A stretch of DNA of 63,836 nucleotides, the filler included, from Dimorphilus gyrociliatus (Eukaryota > Animalia > Annelida): assembly GCA_904063045.1 (NCBI GenBank). It is 4 parts of 4 records of this genome, joined end to end, with 100 filler letters (N's around TTAATTAATTAA, not from the genome) between each part and the next. Parts side by side here need not be neighbours in the genome. Positions count along the whole stretch, not along the records: positions 54,940 to 63,836 come from CAJFCJ010000294.1; 3 more parts are not named here. One strand, given 5' to 3'. The translations under genes and the position numbers were made by a program. The notes below the pieces were generated by a model, which searched no databases, was not told the origin of the DNA, and was given only the letters and a program-made list of their open reading frames with translations. This document shows, in pieces, positions 62,329 through 63,836 of the stretch (positions are counted from its first letter, which is position 1; every line of letters begins with the position of its first letter).

Positions 62329-63836
62329 TTCTAAGGAAGTATCTTTTTTTTGATAATCAATGGATTCCTTCATTTTAATAAACACTTGATTTATTAACCT
62401 TTTAGAGATTTCTAAGTAGAAATCACAAGAATTTAATTGCAAGAAGAAAATGTTTATCTTTTCTAGTTTTATAGAAATAAAGTAATTTAATTTAAGACTT
62501 TTCGAATTATCTTATACTTTTTTTTGAATCTGATTTTATAAAAGACTATTTATTTAGAAATTCCATATTTCACTAAAAACGAACTTATCAGGTAATAATC
62601 ATGTTTAGAGTTTTACCTTCTTTTGTAGTCATAAGTTTCTAATTAACCATTTTTAATAGGATAGTGTTTTTTTCAAAGAAATTAAAAATTAGTCTACTTT
62701 TTCTTTTGTTGGAAAAAACATGCGAAGTGAAATAAATATAGTTTTTTATGACTTTCAGTTTTTAACATTTTAATTAAAAATGTTTTTTTACTTAAATACG
62801 ATTGTTTTTGGTGTACTAGTTAATAAATTTGGGCCGGGGGGTTTTGTACGTATCTGAAAATTTTTAATGTCTATTCTTGACTTGAATATCTATAAAATTT
62901 CATAATTTACTAGATTCACTGGATATCCCATATAGACCACAAAACAAAAAAGTGGTTAGTTTATTCTTACTTGGTATGTTTTTGTTATACTGTTTGCTTA
63001 AAAAAGTATTATATGGGGGAATAGAAATGTACTAAAAAATAACTTTTCTATAAGAATTATACTTTATTTTAGTATATAGAAAATTAACAGAAAAGTCTCT
63101 GCTTAGAGATTTATAACTTTTAGAGAAATCGTAAAAAAGGATTTTTTACCATTAGTTTATAAAATAGAATTAGAAAACAATTCGTTTTGTTTCTCTGTAT
63201 ATTATTCAGTAATATTAGAATAGTCATTTATTCAATTACTGGTATTAATTAAGATTTTATTTATTTATAAATCATAGCTTTTGTAATTGTATATTTACTT
63301 TTTTCTTAGGTAAAACTGATAATAATTCATAATACTTTATTAAGAACGGTTATTGAATGCACTTATAACATTAAAAATATCCCATTAAAAACATATAGAT
63401 TAAATTTCCTTTTAATTTAATATTTTTTTAATATGTAAATTTAAAATTGCCTTTAAAAATATTTTTTAATTTAAGTAAATCTTTCTTTCTTTATTAAATA
63501 AGTTCATAGAATTATTATTATATTCTTCTATAAAAAACATTGTTTTTAGAATTGTTATTTAAGTTTATTTTCACTTTTTTTTTAGTACAAACAGAACACC
63601 TAAAGCTCAAAAAGCATGTTTAAGATTATAGTAAAAAACAAGAGATTGTCTTTACTTATTTCCGGTCATGTAAGTTTATTAAAACTCAATCCTGTTTTTT
63701 TTTTGGAAACTTCCTATTCAATTATGGTATGGAATTTCCTAGTATATAAACCTATATATTAATACTAATTGGGTCATACTATTGTAAAATGAATGCTGTT
63801 TTTTAATGTTTTCGATAAATAAAAGTAGATTTTTAT

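Noticed and set aside
1-63836. CRISPR arrays, rRNA, tRNA or prokaryotic operons
   Set aside because: No regularly spaced repeat-spacer units, no recognisable structural RNA genes, and the gene structure is spliceosomal.

Overview
This is AT-rich eukaryotic DNA made of four contigs (1-28088, 28189-43224, 43325-54839, 54940-63836). They are joined by an artificial N44-TTAATTAATTAA-N44 linker, so adjacency across the gaps is not biological. Contigs 1-3 look like a compact-genome invertebrate with ~50-75 bp GT-AG introns; a spiralian/annelid-type host is an inference. Contigs 1-3 carry an intact CLCA gene, a single-exon class A peptide-type GPCR, a TRAP/ACP5-type purple acid phosphatase, five copies or fragments of GRL101-like receptors (SRCR-LDLa-LRR-7TM), a CBM14-TSP1-C1q secreted protein, a cadherin pseudogene and many decayed transposons (MULE plus MITE, mariner, Tigger, Gypsy). 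The most notable finds are: (1) a miniature catalytic-domain-only TET dioxygenase (~340-360 aa) lacking the large low-complexity insert; (2) a GRL101-like GPCR spliced in frame to a kinase-like C-terminal domain; (3) a Gypsy element with a tandem SUMO-interacting-motif array where the protease should be; (4) a stand-alone, catalytically degenerate Penelope-type GIY-YIG protein; (5) a CpG-depletion gradient along the window. Contig 4 differs in composition, with one intronless secreted LRR gene and a Merlin remnant, and may derive from a microsporidian co-biont. All homology calls were made by eye from motifs; no database searches were run, and many boundaries are approximate.
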